This document shows positions 17,439 to 27,316 of a stretch of 64,000 nucleotides of DNA, in pieces. Each line of letters opens with the position of its first letter. Position 1 is the stretch's first letter. The DNA is from Dehalococcoidia bacterium (GTDB lineage: Bacteria > Chloroflexota > Dehalococcoidia > Lucifugimonadales > UBA3495). A program made the position numbers and the translations under genes. The notes under the pieces were generated by a model. That model saw only the letters and a list, made by a program, of their open reading frames with translations. It was not told where the DNA came from and ran no database searches. The stretch covers positions 1,555,362 through 1,619,361 of the forward strand of contig OZ241860.1 in NCBI GenBank assembly GCA_965203195.1, read 5' to 3'.

Positions 17439-17867
17439 ATGCCTGACTATTCCGATTGCAATGCCAACGCCGGCGCCGGCCTCGTCCCCGGCCTGACCGG
17501 TCGCCGCGCGGTGCTGGTCTGCGAGCACAACGCCGCTCCTCATGTCGCCAAAATCAGCACCCCTTCTATGATTCGCGCTATGGAACAGGCCGCCCAGCGC
17601 GCTGTCCTGGACCGTCTGCCGCCGGAGCAATCCACTGTGGGGTTTGAGGTCAACATTCGCCACGTGGCTGGCGCCGACATCGGAGCCACCGTGGTGGCTA
17701 CCGCCGAGCTGGAAAGGGTGGACGGACGCTGGCTTTATTTCAAGGTGGAGGCCAAAGATGGCGACCGCATCATCGGCATCGGCACGCACCGCCGCGCCGT
17801 TATTACCCTGCCGCCTGATGCTGCCAATCGGGGCGGCGGCAACGACAGTCATAGCCACGAGTTGTGA
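17439..17867 (+). CDS. Hotdog-fold thioesterase family protein
   Basis: 142 aa. STVGFEVNIRHVAGADIGATVVATAELERVDGRWLYFKVEAKDGDRIIGIGTHRRAVI is typical of fluoroacetyl-CoA-thioesterase-like hotdog proteins. Confidence 0.7.
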   Translation: MPDYSDCNANAGAGLVPGLTGRRAVLVCEHNAAPHVAKISTPSMIRAMEQAAQRAVLDRLPPEQSTVGFEVNIRHVAGADIGATVVATAELERVDGRWLYFKVEAKDGDRIIGIGTHRRAVITLPPDAANRGGGNDSHSHEL

Positions 17868-17876
17868 TGTGAACCG

Positions 17877-17911
17877 AAAAAATCCGGGGCGGATTTTGCA
17901 ACCCGCCCCGG
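17877..17911 (-). terminator. Rho-independent terminator after the NHL-repeat gene
   Basis: Stem CCGGGGCGG / CCGCCCCGG (17884-17892, 17903-17911). The A6 run at 17877-17882 gives a T-tract on the minus strand. Confidence 0.6.
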
Positions 17912-17956
17912 TTATGGCCTCCGAAAAGGTTTCCCGTCCGGCCCTACGGTCAGCCC

Positions 17957-18985
17957 TTACAGGTTGAACTGCGGGTCCAGAAAGTTGTTGTCCTTTTCGT
18001 AAATCTGTAGGCGGGAGCGCAGGGTGTCGCAGACCACCAGCCGATTGTTGGCCCGGTCGTAGGTCAGGCCCATGGGCATTCGGAAGGCCCGCTGCTGCTG
18101 CTCCAGGTCGGGAACCCGGCGCCGCGCCTTTACCATATCGGGGTTGGCGTCCAGCGACAGGTTGCCCCACTGGGACACCTCAACGGCGTCGCCTTCCAGG
18201 TAGGCCAGCGGACGGGTTTCGTGGTCGTAGATGACCACCCGCTCGTTGTACCAGTCGGCCACATAGACATCGCCGTCGTTGTCAATGTCAACATCCAGCG
18301 GATGCTTCAGCTCGCCGGAGCCGGCGCCTTCGCTGCCGAAGGTCGCCAGATGCGTGCCGGCGGCAGTGTATTTCTGCACCCGGTGGTTGCCCCAGTCGGC
18401 AATATAGATGTCCCCGGCGTTGTCAATGCCGATGCCCGACGGCATTTCCATTTCCGCCGGCCCGCTGCCTTTGGCGCCGAAGCCGGCCAGGTATTCGCCG
18501 TCCTTGCTGAATTTCTGCACCCGGCTGTTGCGAGAGGATACCACCCACAGGTTGCCGTCGGCGTCAAAAGCCAGGCCGGCGGCGCCGTTCAGCTGGCCTT
18601 CGCCGTCGCCGCTTTCGCCCCACTGGGTGAGTACATTGCCGTCGGCGTCAAAGGCGGTAATCTGGTTTTTCCATTCGTCCGAGGCGTACACATTGCCGTC
18701 GGCGTCGGTGGTTACGCCGGTGAGCCAGGTAAAGAGGCTGCCGGAGCCGGCCTGGTAGGCGATGCCTTCCCGGCCGAATTCGCCGATATATTCCTGGTCA
18801 ACGGTGAGTTTGGTGATGCGGGCGCTGGGGTTTTGTTCGCCGGAGCGGTTAGCGACATACAGCACGCCGTCAGGGCGCGCCGACACGCTTACCGGCTGGC
18901 TGAAGCCCATGCCCACCTGCGCGTTGCGGCCGATGTTGTGGCTGTACAGCCACGCGCGCCCGCTGGCTACGGTGTTAAGCGCCAT
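17957..18985 (-). CDS. NHL-repeat beta-propeller protein
   Basis: ORF 17957..19273. Start at MALNTV (ATG at 18985, GGAGGA upstream). Repeated DGN(V/L)(Y/W)V.D....R(V/I)(Q/V)K(F/Y) blades. Confidence 0.8.
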   Translation of the reverse strand: MALNTVASGRAWLYSHNIGRNAQVGMGFSQPVSVSARPDGVLYVANRSGEQNPSARITKLTVDQEYIGEFGREGIAYQAGSGSLFTWLTGVTTDADGNVYASDEWKNQITAFDADGNVLTQWGESGDGEGQLNGAAGLAFDADGNLWVVSSRNSRVQKFSKDGEYLAGFGAKGSGPAEMEMPSGIGIDNAGDIYIADWGNHRVQKYTAAGTHLATFGSEGAGSGELKHPLDVDIDNDGDVYVADWYNERVVIYDHETRPLAYLEGDAVEVSQWGNLSLDANPDMVKARRRVPDLEQQQRAFRMPMGLTYDRANNRLVVCDTLRSRLQIYEKDNNFLDPQFNL

Positions 18986-19085
18986 GGTTTTGTCCTCCGG
19001 GTTGAAAGCTGGATCGTCGGGATTGGAGCAAGCGCGGCGCAGAACCGAAATTCTGCGCCGCAGTCCGGGCGCAGAGCGCCGGAGC

Positions 19086-20219
19086 TTACTTCCGGATGAA
19101 GTCCAGCTTCGGGAACGCGCCGTTGACGATGGGGTTGGCGTCCATGCCCAGCCAGTCTTCAACGATGCTGGAGTAGGCGCCGCGGAAGTCGTAGTTGGGA
19201 ACCAGGTCGCCCTGCTCCAGATCCTCGGCCTTCCGGGAGGGGTACTCGCCGTAGAAGCCGCCCTTGACCGCATCGCCGATGACGAAGGCCGCGCCGGCGG
19301 CGCCGTGGTCGGTGCCGGAGCCGTTGTCCCGCACCCGGCGCCCGAATTCGGAGAACAGATACATTACGATGTTCTCGCCGGTGTTGTGCTCCTTCATATC
19401 CTGGAAAAAGGCGCTGATGCCTTCGGAGACTTCCTTCCACAGCACGGGGTGCGCGGCGGCCTCGCCGGCGTGGGTGTCAAAGCTGGCGTGCTGGGTGTAG
19501 AAAATCTTGGTACCCAGGTCGGCCAGGTACACCTGGGCGATGTCACGCAGGTGCTGGGCGATGGGGCTGTTGGGGTACTCCACATTGCTGGAGTACCGTT
19601 CCGGGGCTACCTTCACGATGTCGGCGCCGACCATGGCGTCGGTGCCGGTGGAGCGCAGATAGTCGTTGACGAAGCTGCCGCCCACGGTAGGGGCATACAT
19701 CTTGGAGAACAGGTCCAGGGCCTTGGAGCGCTGTTCGGTGTCGCTGATGCCGGTCAGCAGGCCGTAGGTGCTGAGGTCGGCGATGGCGGCCACGGGGACG
19801 CCGGGAACGGCCAGGGCGCGGGGCAGGCCGTGTCCGAAGTTGATGGCCGTGAGCACGTTTTCCTTGTTGGGATCCATCTCGCGGGCCACGCGGCCGGCCC
19901 AGCCCTCGGTGCCGACCTTGTCCGGCTCGCAGGTGTGCCAGATGTCCATGCTGCGGAAGTGCGAGCGCGGGCTGTCGGCGTAGCCGATGCCATGGATGAC
20001 GGCGACCCGGCCCTCGTCAAACAGCTCTTTCATCGGCCCCATGGTGGGCATAAAGCCGAGTTCGTCGTTGACGGGGATGATGTCCTCCCGCTCGTAGCGG
20101 ATGGTGGGCCGGTTGTCGTAGTACAGCGGGTCGTTGTAGGGGATGACCGTGTTGAAGTAGTCATTGCCGCCGGTGAGCTGCAGGACTACGATGACCGGGT
20201 CTTTTTTGGTGCTGGTCAT
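19086..20219 (-). CDS. DUF1501 domain protein (sulfatase-like fold)
   Basis: 377 aa. LQLTGGNDYFNT, SFDTH, GSGTDHG. Confidence 0.8.
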   Translation of the reverse strand: MTSTKKDPVIVVLQLTGGNDYFNTVIPYNDPLYYDNRPTIRYEREDIIPVNDELGFMPTMGPMKELFDEGRVAVIHGIGYADSPRSHFRSMDIWHTCEPDKVGTEGWAGRVAREMDPNKENVLTAINFGHGLPRALAVPGVPVAAIADLSTYGLLTGISDTEQRSKALDLFSKMYAPTVGGSFVNDYLRSTGTDAMVGADIVKVAPERYSSNVEYPNSPIAQHLRDIAQVYLADLGTKIFYTQHASFDTHAGEAAAHPVLWKEVSEGISAFFQDMKEHNTGENIVMYLFSEFGRRVRDNGSGTDHGAAGAAFVIGDAVKGGFYGEYPSRKAEDLEQGDLVPNYDFRGAYSSIVEDWLGMDANPIVNGAFPKLDFIRK

Positions 20220-20359
20220 TGCCTTTGCTCCTTGCGATTCAAGTTTCGCGTGCGTGATGAGTTCGCGGGGCGCGCCGGGGATTGGGACGGGGCGGAGCGG
20301 GCGGCGTCGGATACCGGCCGGCGGCGCGGTGCTCCGCCCCGTCCGTAGTGGCGGGTTGA

Positions 20360-21760
20360 CTAGCCGAACTGGTACTCGGTGGTGGCGCTGATGAGGGCCA
20401 TGGTCTCGCCGATGCGGGTGGCCGTGGCCGGGCGGTCGCCCCAGTTGATGTCGCCGCCGGCGCGCACGTGTTCCGCCAGCTGGCCGCGGGTTTCCTCGCT
20501 GAGGTCAACGAAGCCCATATACTCGGTGCAGGCATTGAGCAGATGGTCGGGGCTGGACACCCCTTCGTCCTCCATCCGGCGGATGATGTCCTGCATCCCC
20601 GGCAGTTCGGGGTTGGACACCCGGTCGGCGACGAAGTTGATGCGGGCCAGCAGGGCGCCGGAGTTGATCCACTCCAGCCCGGTGTGCCAGCCTTCCACCG
20701 ACGGCGGGTCCAGGATGGACTGGCCCATATAAGTGGGTTCCTTGCCGATGTTCAGCACGCCGGGATCCGGGTTCTCAAAGAGGCCCACCATCCGCAGGGT
20801 GCCGGCGACCACTTCGGCGGGGCTCTTGATCTTCTGGAAGCGGGCGTCCTGGAACCACTGCGACAGGAACATATGCCGCAGCACAGCCTTCATGTCAAAG
20901 CCGGAGTCCTCGAACACCTGGCACATTTCGTCCAGGGCGTCCTCGTCCCGGGCCGGCTCGATGGTCCACGCGGGAACCTGCGGCTCGTCCGCCACAAAGA
21001 AGTTGTACAGGTGGCGGCAGATGAAGCGGGAGGTGGCGGGCTGCTTGAGGACGATGTCGATGATGTCCTCGCCGTCAAAGTTGCCGGTTTCGCCCAGGAA
21101 GGTCTTTTCCCCGAAGTCGTGGTCCTCCTCGCGGTAGGCGAACTTCCACGGGTAGCGGCCGTAGGGCGCGCGGGGCAGCTTGGCCTGGATCGTCCAGCCG
21201 GTGAAGGCGCGCGAGCACTCCCGCACATCCACCTCGGTGTAGTTGGAAACGCCCATGGAGAACAGCTCCAGGAGCTCCCGGCCCCAGTTCTCGTTCACGG
21301 CGTCCCGGTGGTTCTCGTTGTTGTCCAGCCAGAAAATCATGGCCGGGTTCTTGGACAGCTCAATGAGTATGTCCCGGTAGTTGCCCATCCCGCAGTCGCG
21401 GAGCATATCAATCTGCTCCAGCAGCTGGTCGCAGTTGTCCACCTTGGAGTTGCCGGTGGCGAAAACATGGTGCCAGAACAGCGCCATCTTTTCCTCCAGG
21501 GGGCGGTCGCTGGAGACCATGTTGTACATCCAGTTGGCCTGCCCGGAGAAGGGCACGCCGCCGGGGAGCAGAAAACTGGGGTGATAGCGGAGCAACAGCG
21601 CCATCTTGCCGCCCGCGCGCTCCGTGGGCGGGTTCAGCAGTTCCTCTACGGTGGCTTCGTAGCCCTGGGCAACGCAGCGTTCCAACTCGGCGCGGTTGGC
21701 GCCGAACCCGGCGCGCCGCATCAGGTGGGCCATCAATGCCAGGTCATCCTTGTATGACAT
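20360..21760 (-). CDS. DUF1800 domain protein
   Basis: ORF 20360..21793. Start at MSYKDD (ATG at 21760, GGAGG upstream). LMRRAGFGAN and WHHVFATGNSKV. Usual partner of DUF1501. Confidence 0.8.
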   Translation of the reverse strand: MSYKDDLALMAHLMRRAGFGANRAELERCVAQGYEATVEELLNPPTERAGGKMALLLRYHPSFLLPGGVPFSGQANWMYNMVSSDRPLEEKMALFWHHVFATGNSKVDNCDQLLEQIDMLRDCGMGNYRDILIELSKNPAMIFWLDNNENHRDAVNENWGRELLELFSMGVSNYTEVDVRECSRAFTGWTIQAKLPRAPYGRYPWKFAYREEDHDFGEKTFLGETGNFDGEDIIDIVLKQPATSRFICRHLYNFFVADEPQVPAWTIEPARDEDALDEMCQVFEDSGFDMKAVLRHMFLSQWFQDARFQKIKSPAEVVAGTLRMVGLFENPDPGVLNIGKEPTYMGQSILDPPSVEGWHTGLEWINSGALLARINFVADRVSNPELPGMQDIIRRMEDEGVSSPDHLLNACTEYMGFVDLSEETRGQLAEHVRAGGDINWGDRPATATRIGETMALISATTEYQFG

Positions 21761-21887
21761 CCTGTGCCTCCTTCCTGCAAAATCCTGTTCCAAAACGACC
21801 GGGCCAACCCCGGACGACAGCCTTTGCCGCCTAGTCTAATTTACCGGCAACCCGCTGTCAACCGCAAAACGGCGATTCCGCTCAAAA

Positions 21888-21905
21888 TTGATAATGATTA
21901 TAAAG
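21888..21905. promoter_or_regulatory. AT-rich palindromic box, Fur-box-like (candidate operator)
   Basis: TTGATAATGATTATAAAG contains the perfect palindrome ATAAT-G-ATTAT. Matches 12 of 19 positions of the classical Fur box by hand alignment. Lies in the divergent region between DUF1800 (-) and dinB (+). Confidence 0.2.
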
Positions 21906-22111
21906 TGGTAAAGAACCCCAAACAAGCCGCCGCGCCGCCGCCTCTGCCGCCGCCGGCGTCATCCCGCGCCGTCATCCCGGCGACCGGCTGCGGTTAACCC
22001 GGCCCGCCCCCCGGCGTATAAAATAGACAACGGGATACGGCCCGTCAAACCGGAGCCCGTTCCTCAAACGTATCCCTATCCGGCGCATTCCCGCCGCGCT
22101 CTTTTCGCCGA

Positions 22112-23251
22112 TTGCCGAAAATGACCACGCACCCGCCCGCGCGCTACATCATTCACGCCGACCTGGACGCCTTCTATGCGGCGGTGGAACAGCGCGACCG
22201 CCCCGAGCTGCGCGGACGCCCGGCGCTGGTGGGCGGTAGCCCCGACGGGCGCGGCGTGGTGGCCGCCGCATCCTACGAAGCCCGCCGCTACGGCGTCCAT
22301 TCCGCAATGCCCATGGCCACCGCCGTGCGCCACTGCCCGGAGGCCATCGTCATCCGGCCCCGCTTTGACCACTACCGCGCCGTTTCCCGCCAGGTGATGG
22401 CCGTCTTTCGCGGCGTCAGCGCCATCATCGAACCCCTCTCCCTGGACGAAGCCTATATTGACATCAGCGCCGCCGCTGGCCAGCGCTCGCCGGTGGCCAT
22501 CGCCATTGACCTCAAGGAACGGGTGGCCGACGAAGTGGGGCTGACCATATCCGTGGGCCTGGGGACGGGCAAGTGCGTGGCCAAAATCGCCTCCGACCTG
22601 CACAAGCCCGACGGCCTGGTGGTCGTCCCGTCCGGCGCCGAAGCCGAGTTCCTGGCGCCCCTGGCCGTGGGCAAACTGCCCGGCGTAGGCCCCAAATCGG
22701 CGGCGCGCCTTAAAGAAGAAGGCATCCAGACCATCGGCCAGCTGGCGACAATGCCCGACGCCTGGTTCGTCCGGCACTTCGGCAAGCGCGGCGCCGCCAT
22801 CCGCGACCACGCCCGGGGCAACGACCAGGACCCGGTGCGAACTACCCGCCCCACCAAATCCATCAGCAGCGAAACCACCTTCCCCCAGGACATCGGCGCC
22901 CCCGACGAACTGCTGGCCGCCCTGGAACGGCTGGCCGGCAGCGTGGCCGACGCCCTGGCCCGCAAAGACCTGGCCGGGCGCACCATCACCGTCAAAATCC
23001 GGCTGGCCGACTACACCACCTTCACCCGCCAGGCCACGCTGCCCGCAGCCACCAGCGAGGATGCCGCCATTGCCGCCACCGCCTGGACACTGCTGGAACG
23101 GGAACTGGCCCCGGAACGGGCTTTCCGGCTGCTGGGCGTGGGCGTATCCGGCTTCGCCTCTCCCGGCGACGGCGGCGCGGAAAACGCGCCGGCCGCCAAT
23201 CCCGATGCTAACCCGGCGTGGGGTGCCCGGCAGGAAACCCTGAACCTGTGA
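22112..23251 (+). CDS. dinB: DNA polymerase IV
   Basis: IIHADLDAFYAAVEQRD, SLDEAYIDIS, KPDG, GVGPKS. Confidence 0.9.
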   Translation: MPKMTTHPPARYIIHADLDAFYAAVEQRDRPELRGRPALVGGSPDGRGVVAAASYEARRYGVHSAMPMATAVRHCPEAIVIRPRFDHYRAVSRQVMAVFRGVSAIIEPLSLDEAYIDISAAAGQRSPVAIAIDLKERVADEVGLTISVGLGTGKCVAKIASDLHKPDGLVVVPSGAEAEFLAPLAVGKLPGVGPKSAARLKEEGIQTIGQLATMPDAWFVRHFGKRGAAIRDHARGNDQDPVRTTRPTKSISSETTFPQDIGAPDELLAALERLAGSVADALARKDLAGRTITVKIRLADYTTFTRQATLPAATSEDAAIAATAWTLLERELAPERAFRLLGVGVSGFASPGDGGAENAPAANPDANPAWGARQETLNL

Positions 23252-23395
23252 CGCCCGGCCCAGCGCAGACCCGGCGTTGATCAGTGGGAGGCAGGGGGTA
23301 GCGGCGCGCGGGCCGTGCTATAATCCGCCTCGGCAGCCGGCTGTCCGGCATCGGTATCAAGGCTTCAGACGGCGGGCGGGCGAGGAGTAATCGGT

Positions 23396-25261
23396 TTGCG
23401 GGCGAAAGGATTTTTGACGACGGCTTTGGCGTTGACGCTGGCGCTGCTGCTACTGGCGGCAGCAGCCGGGTGCTTCCGGGCGCCCGCAGCGCCGCCGGCG
23501 CGCGTGGACGACGCCACACTGGACGCCATGGTAGCGGTGGCGCTAACGGAAGCCGCGCCCACGCCCACGGATCCTATCGACGACGTGCGCGCCACCTTGG
23601 ACGCAATGATGGCGGCGCCCACCCCGACAATGCCTCCGCCGCTGCCCACGCCCACCGACCCGGCGGACGACTTGCAGGCTACCCTGGTGGCCATCATAGC
23701 GGCGCCTACCCACACGCCCATTCCAACCGCCACGCCGCGCCCCACGCCCCGGCCGACGTATACGCCGCGCCCCACCGCAACGCCCACCCGCGCGCCGCAG
23801 CCCACGCCTACCCCTACGGTTGCCGATCTGGTAGCCCGCCTCAAGCCCAGCATCGCCCGCATCGTCACGACGAGGTCCACCGGCTCCGGGTTTGTTTATG
23901 ACGCGCGGGGGCTGGTTGCCACTAACGCCCATGTGGTGGATTGCTGCCGGGATGTTGCCGTCATTCTGAACGGGCGGCGGTATGAGGGCACCGTGCTGGG
24001 GCGCAACGACGCCGCCGATCTGGCCGTGGTGCAGGTGAATGCCGGCAGCAATTTCCCGTCAATGTCTTTCGGGCAGGCCAACCGGGTGGCGGTGGGGGAT
24101 GATGTGATTGCGCTGGGGTTTCCATTGAACCTGGCCGGCGATTTCACCGTTACACGGGGCATCGTGTCATCGGAGCGGCTTATTTCCGGCTATGATTTCA
24201 TTCAGACCGATGCCGCCATTAACCCGGGCAACAGCGGCGGGCCGCTGATTAATCAGCGTGGCGAAGTCATCGGAATGAACACTCTGAAACGCTTTGACGC
24301 CGATGGGGTGGGCTTTGCGCTTTCGGTGGCGGAGATAGAACACCGGCTGCCGGGGCTGTCCAGTTATGCCGCCGCTCCTACGCCTAGGCCGCGACCAACA
24401 GCCACACCTTGGCCTACGGCGACGCCACGACCGCGCCCGACAGCCACGCCGCGGCCAAATCTGGCACAAGCCACCGCTATTACCCACAATTCCGCCGATG
24501 ACCACCATCCTGATTGGTCGCCCGATGGGAGCAGGATTGCATTTAGCTCTGACCCGGGTGGAAACAGGGACATCTATGTGATGAATGCCGACGGCTCCGG
24601 CATAGCCCGACTTACCAGTAGCCCTGCCCACGACGGCGCGCCAGTGTGGTCGCCGGATGGACAGCGAATTGCGTTTGATTCCAACCGGGGCGGCGATTTT
24701 GAAGTCTATGTGATGAACGCCGACGGTTCGGGACTTATCCAACTCACTGATAATTCCTCGCACGATGGCGTTCCAGATTGGTCGCCGGACGGGAACAGGA
24801 TTGTGTTTAGCTCTGACCGGTACGGAAACAGGGACACCTATGTGATGAATGCGGACGGTTCAGGTGTTACCAATATCACCAATAACTCTGCTTACGAATT
24901 CTGGCCACAGTGGTCGCCGGATGGGAAGCGGATAGCGTTCAACTCCAAGTTGGACGGGGACAGTAACATCTACGTGGTGAACGACGATGGTTCCGGCCTC
25001 ACCAATCTTACCAATCGCTACTGTAGTTCTGGAGAGCCCGCGTGGTCGCCTGACGGACGTCGGATTGTGTACAGCTCTACTGATTGTTTTGATAACCGAT
25101 CTATCTATATTATGAACGCCGACGGTTCGGGCGGTACCTTACTCAGCGATGTAGCTGACTACGAAATACACCCTCGCTGGTCGCCCGATGGACGTGCGAT
25201 TGCTTTCGCATCCAAAGTTGATGGTGACTTTGACATCTATGTGGTGGCGGCCCCGCGTTAG
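23396..25261 (+). CDS. Trypsin-like serine protease fused to a TolB-type (PD40/WD40-like) beta-propeller; probable lipoprotein
   Basis: TTG start with GAGGAG upstream. Signal LLLLAAAAGC. TNAHVV, DLAVVQV, GNSGGPLIN. Then about 7 repeats of W.SPDG.RIAF.S...G..(D/N)IYVMNADGSG. Confidence 0.85.
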   Translation: MRAKGFLTTALALTLALLLLAAAAGCFRAPAAPPARVDDATLDAMVAVALTEAAPTPTDPIDDVRATLDAMMAAPTPTMPPPLPTPTDPADDLQATLVAIIAAPTHTPIPTATPRPTPRPTYTPRPTATPTRAPQPTPTPTVADLVARLKPSIARIVTTRSTGSGFVYDARGLVATNAHVVDCCRDVAVILNGRRYEGTVLGRNDAADLAVVQVNAGSNFPSMSFGQANRVAVGDDVIALGFPLNLAGDFTVTRGIVSSERLISGYDFIQTDAAINPGNSGGPLINQRGEVIGMNTLKRFDADGVGFALSVAEIEHRLPGLSSYAAAPTPRPRPTATPWPTATPRPRPTATPRPNLAQATAITHNSADDHHPDWSPDGSRIAFSSDPGGNRDIYVMNADGSGIARLTSSPAHDGAPVWSPDGQRIAFDSNRGGDFEVYVMNADGSGLIQLTDNSSHDGVPDWSPDGNRIVFSSDRYGNRDTYVMNADGSGVTNITNNSAYEFWPQWSPDGKRIAFNSKLDGDSNIYVVNDDGSGLTNLTNRYCSSGEPAWSPDGRRIVYSSTDCFDNRSIYIMNADGSGGTLLSDVADYEIHPRWSPDGRAIAFASKVDGDFDIYVVAAPR

Positions 25262-25282
25262 GCGAGGGACGAGGGCAAAACG

Positions 25283-25315
25283 CTAGGGGGGCGGGTTGGG
25301 AACCCGCCCCCCTAG
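25283..25315. terminator. Hairpin between convergent genes (bidirectional terminator candidate)
   Basis: 15-bp stem CTAGGGGGGCGGGTT / AACCCGCCCCCCTAG. No clear T-tract. Confidence 0.45.
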
Positions 25316-25317
25316 CA

Positions 25318-25986
25318 CTACTTACGCCTCCGCTTGTTGCCCTTTTTTGTGCTAGCGAAAACGGCTAGCACGGTTACGACTTGCAGCAACGCCAGTAGTA
25401 CTTGCACTATTGCCAGCAACGCCAGTAGTGCAAGTACTACTGGCATTTGCTTGTCCTCCTTGCGCGCTCCTGCCGGTTGGTTAGGCTGTACTGCCGGTTG
25501 GTTAGGCTGTACTGCCGGTTGGTTAGGCTGTACTGCCGGTTGGTTAGGCTGCCCTGGGCGTATCCGTTTCCGGAGGCGCTCTCCAAACATATACAAAGTG
25601 GTGCCAGTTACTACTGCTTGTTGAGCCAGCACCATTGCTACGTTCGTCTGACTGAGACCGTTAGTCTCGTCATTCCCTGACAGCAGCAAAGCACCAAGAG
25701 AAGCGCCGCTCAGTATCGCTGCATAATGCATTGCCGCTCCTACGATTACCTCTGTCCACGCTTTCCGTATCGTGGCAAGCCAGTGCCAAGGGGGTGGCTG
25801 TGTCAAGGGCCATACGACGATCTGTGTTGCGGTTATGGCCAAAGATAACGCAGCAGCGATGATGATCGCCCCTGCAAGTTCATTTTGGTCGTACAGTATC
25901 CAAGCCGCCATGAATACGGTGACGCCGAATGCTGCGATAATCACAATCGCAAACACCGCGATTGCCTCAATGACTTCTGTTCTCAT
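25318..25986 (-). CDS. Multi-pass membrane protein with (PNQPAVQ)x4 repeat (hypothetical)
   Basis: ORF 25318..26046. Start moved to MRTEVIEAIAV (ATG at 25986), 10 nt after AAGGAG. Hydrophobic helices. Visibly more AT-rich than its neighbours. Confidence 0.6.
   Translation of the reverse strand: MRTEVIEAIAVFAIVIIAAFGVTVFMAAWILYDQNELAGAIIIAAALSLAITATQIVVWPLTQPPPWHWLATIRKAWTEVIVGAAMHYAAILSGASLGALLLSGNDETNGLSQTNVAMVLAQQAVVTGTTLYMFGERLRKRIRPGQPNQPAVQPNQPAVQPNQPAVQPNQPAGARKEDKQMPVVLALLALLAIVQVLLALLQVVTVLAVFASTKKGNKRRRK
25470..25553 (-). repeat. 21-bp tandem repeat x4 (in-frame)
   Basis: CTGCCGGTTGGTTAGGCTGTA at 25470, 25491, 25512, 25533. The last unit ends in GCC. Confidence 0.9.
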
Positions 25987-26566
25987 TTTCCATGTGCTCC
26001 TTTGCCCTTGCGGGCGTTTGGGATTGGCATATGCCGTCACTCCCATTCCAAAAATTTCGCACCTGCTGCATCAGTGTCCCGGTCGTAGGTGCCCAAGAGC
26101 AGGGCGGCGTCAGGCGGTTGTGACGAACTCGATCACCACAACGCGTCCACGACACCGCAGGCCGCGTTGTTGAAAAGGAAGGCGACGGGTATCCACAATC
26201 CGAAGGGTAGCATAGCCGGCCTAGCCTTGTCAAGCAAAAGCGCGCCGCACAAGGCGTTATTCCCGTTTCAGGAACTCCCGCACCCGCCGCATCAGCGCCT
26301 CCCGGTCGTAGATGCCCAGTAGCAGGGCAGCATTCCGCGCCAGGCGAACCGGTATGTCCCCGCCGCCCTTTGCCGTGCATAGTGTATAATGTCATCCTTG
26401 CCGCCCGCCCAGCCCGCAATTCCGACGGCGGCACCGCCCTCCGCAAAACGGATCAGCACTTAAAGCCGTATGCGACTAGGCCCGACGCGCCCGACCGCCG
26501 ATATAGCCGTGCGCCGGGCAGATGCTTGGCGCACGGCCTCACCCCCCAACACATTGAGGTGTTCTA

Positions 26567-27316
26567 ATGCGCTACGCCGGCTTGGCCATAATGGCCGCGC
26601 TGCTGGTCGCCGCGGCCGCTGTCGCCGGCTGTAGCCGTTTCGTAGCCACCCACACGGACGTCGGCCAGCAAAGCCCGCAGGCAAGTTGGCAACCCTGCTT
26701 TGTGGGGTGGAGCGCCAGCAAAGACCAGTGGCAGCCCGTCTCCGTTCTGGTATCGGACGGCCCCGTCACGCTGTACGCCTGGTACAGTAGCGATTCCAAA
26801 TCGATTAAACCCATTGCCAGCGCGCCGGCCATTGCGGTGACCACCCGCCCGCGGTTTTTCATTAGGAGTCTTTTGCACGGCTGGGGGCGCGATTACTTCA
26901 AGGAAACCGTCACCTTTGGCCCGGCGCCGGTGGCGATTTTGACCGCCGCCGCCCTGTGTCGCGAATATCACCCCGATTTGGGCGACAGTGCCCCGGCTGA
27001 AACGGCCCGCGTCACCGTAGTGCGCTCCGATTTGCAGTCGCAAATTCCTCGCCCGGAGGCCGGGCCGGTTGCCTGCCACCGCAACGGCATCACCGTGTCG
27101 TGGACGGAGCCCAGCCGACTGGGCTTTCCCCTCGCCGTGTCGGAATACCGATGGCGGTTTCCCCATCGGCAGGGCGCCGCCAAGTCGGGCGTAACGGAAA
27201 GCGCCACCCTGACTTTCGCCGGCGACTACCGCCGGCTGACGCTGGATTTTTATGTTGCCGCCGATTACGGCCCGGCGCAAAGCGACGAAACGCTGATACT
27301 CATCAACTGCCCGTAG
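26567..27316 (+). CDS. Putative lipoprotein (hypothetical)
   Basis: 249 aa. Signal peptide with lipobox AVAGC. No recognisable catalytic motif. Confidence 0.55.
   Translation: MRYAGLAIMAALLVAAAAVAGCSRFVATHTDVGQQSPQASWQPCFVGWSASKDQWQPVSVLVSDGPVTLYAWYSSDSKSIKPIASAPAIAVTTRPRFFIRSLLHGWGRDYFKETVTFGPAPVAILTAAALCREYHPDLGDSAPAETARVTVVRSDLQSQIPRPEAGPVACHRNGITVSWTEPSRLGFPLAVSEYRWRFPHRQGAAKSGVTESATLTFAGDYRRLTLDFYVAADYGPAQSDETLILINCP

Noticed and set aside
21794-22111. LexA/SOS box upstream of dinB.
   Set aside because: I found no CGAAC-N4-GTTCG-like or CTGT-N8-ACAG-like palindrome by eye. Only the AT-rich Fur-like palindrome stands out.
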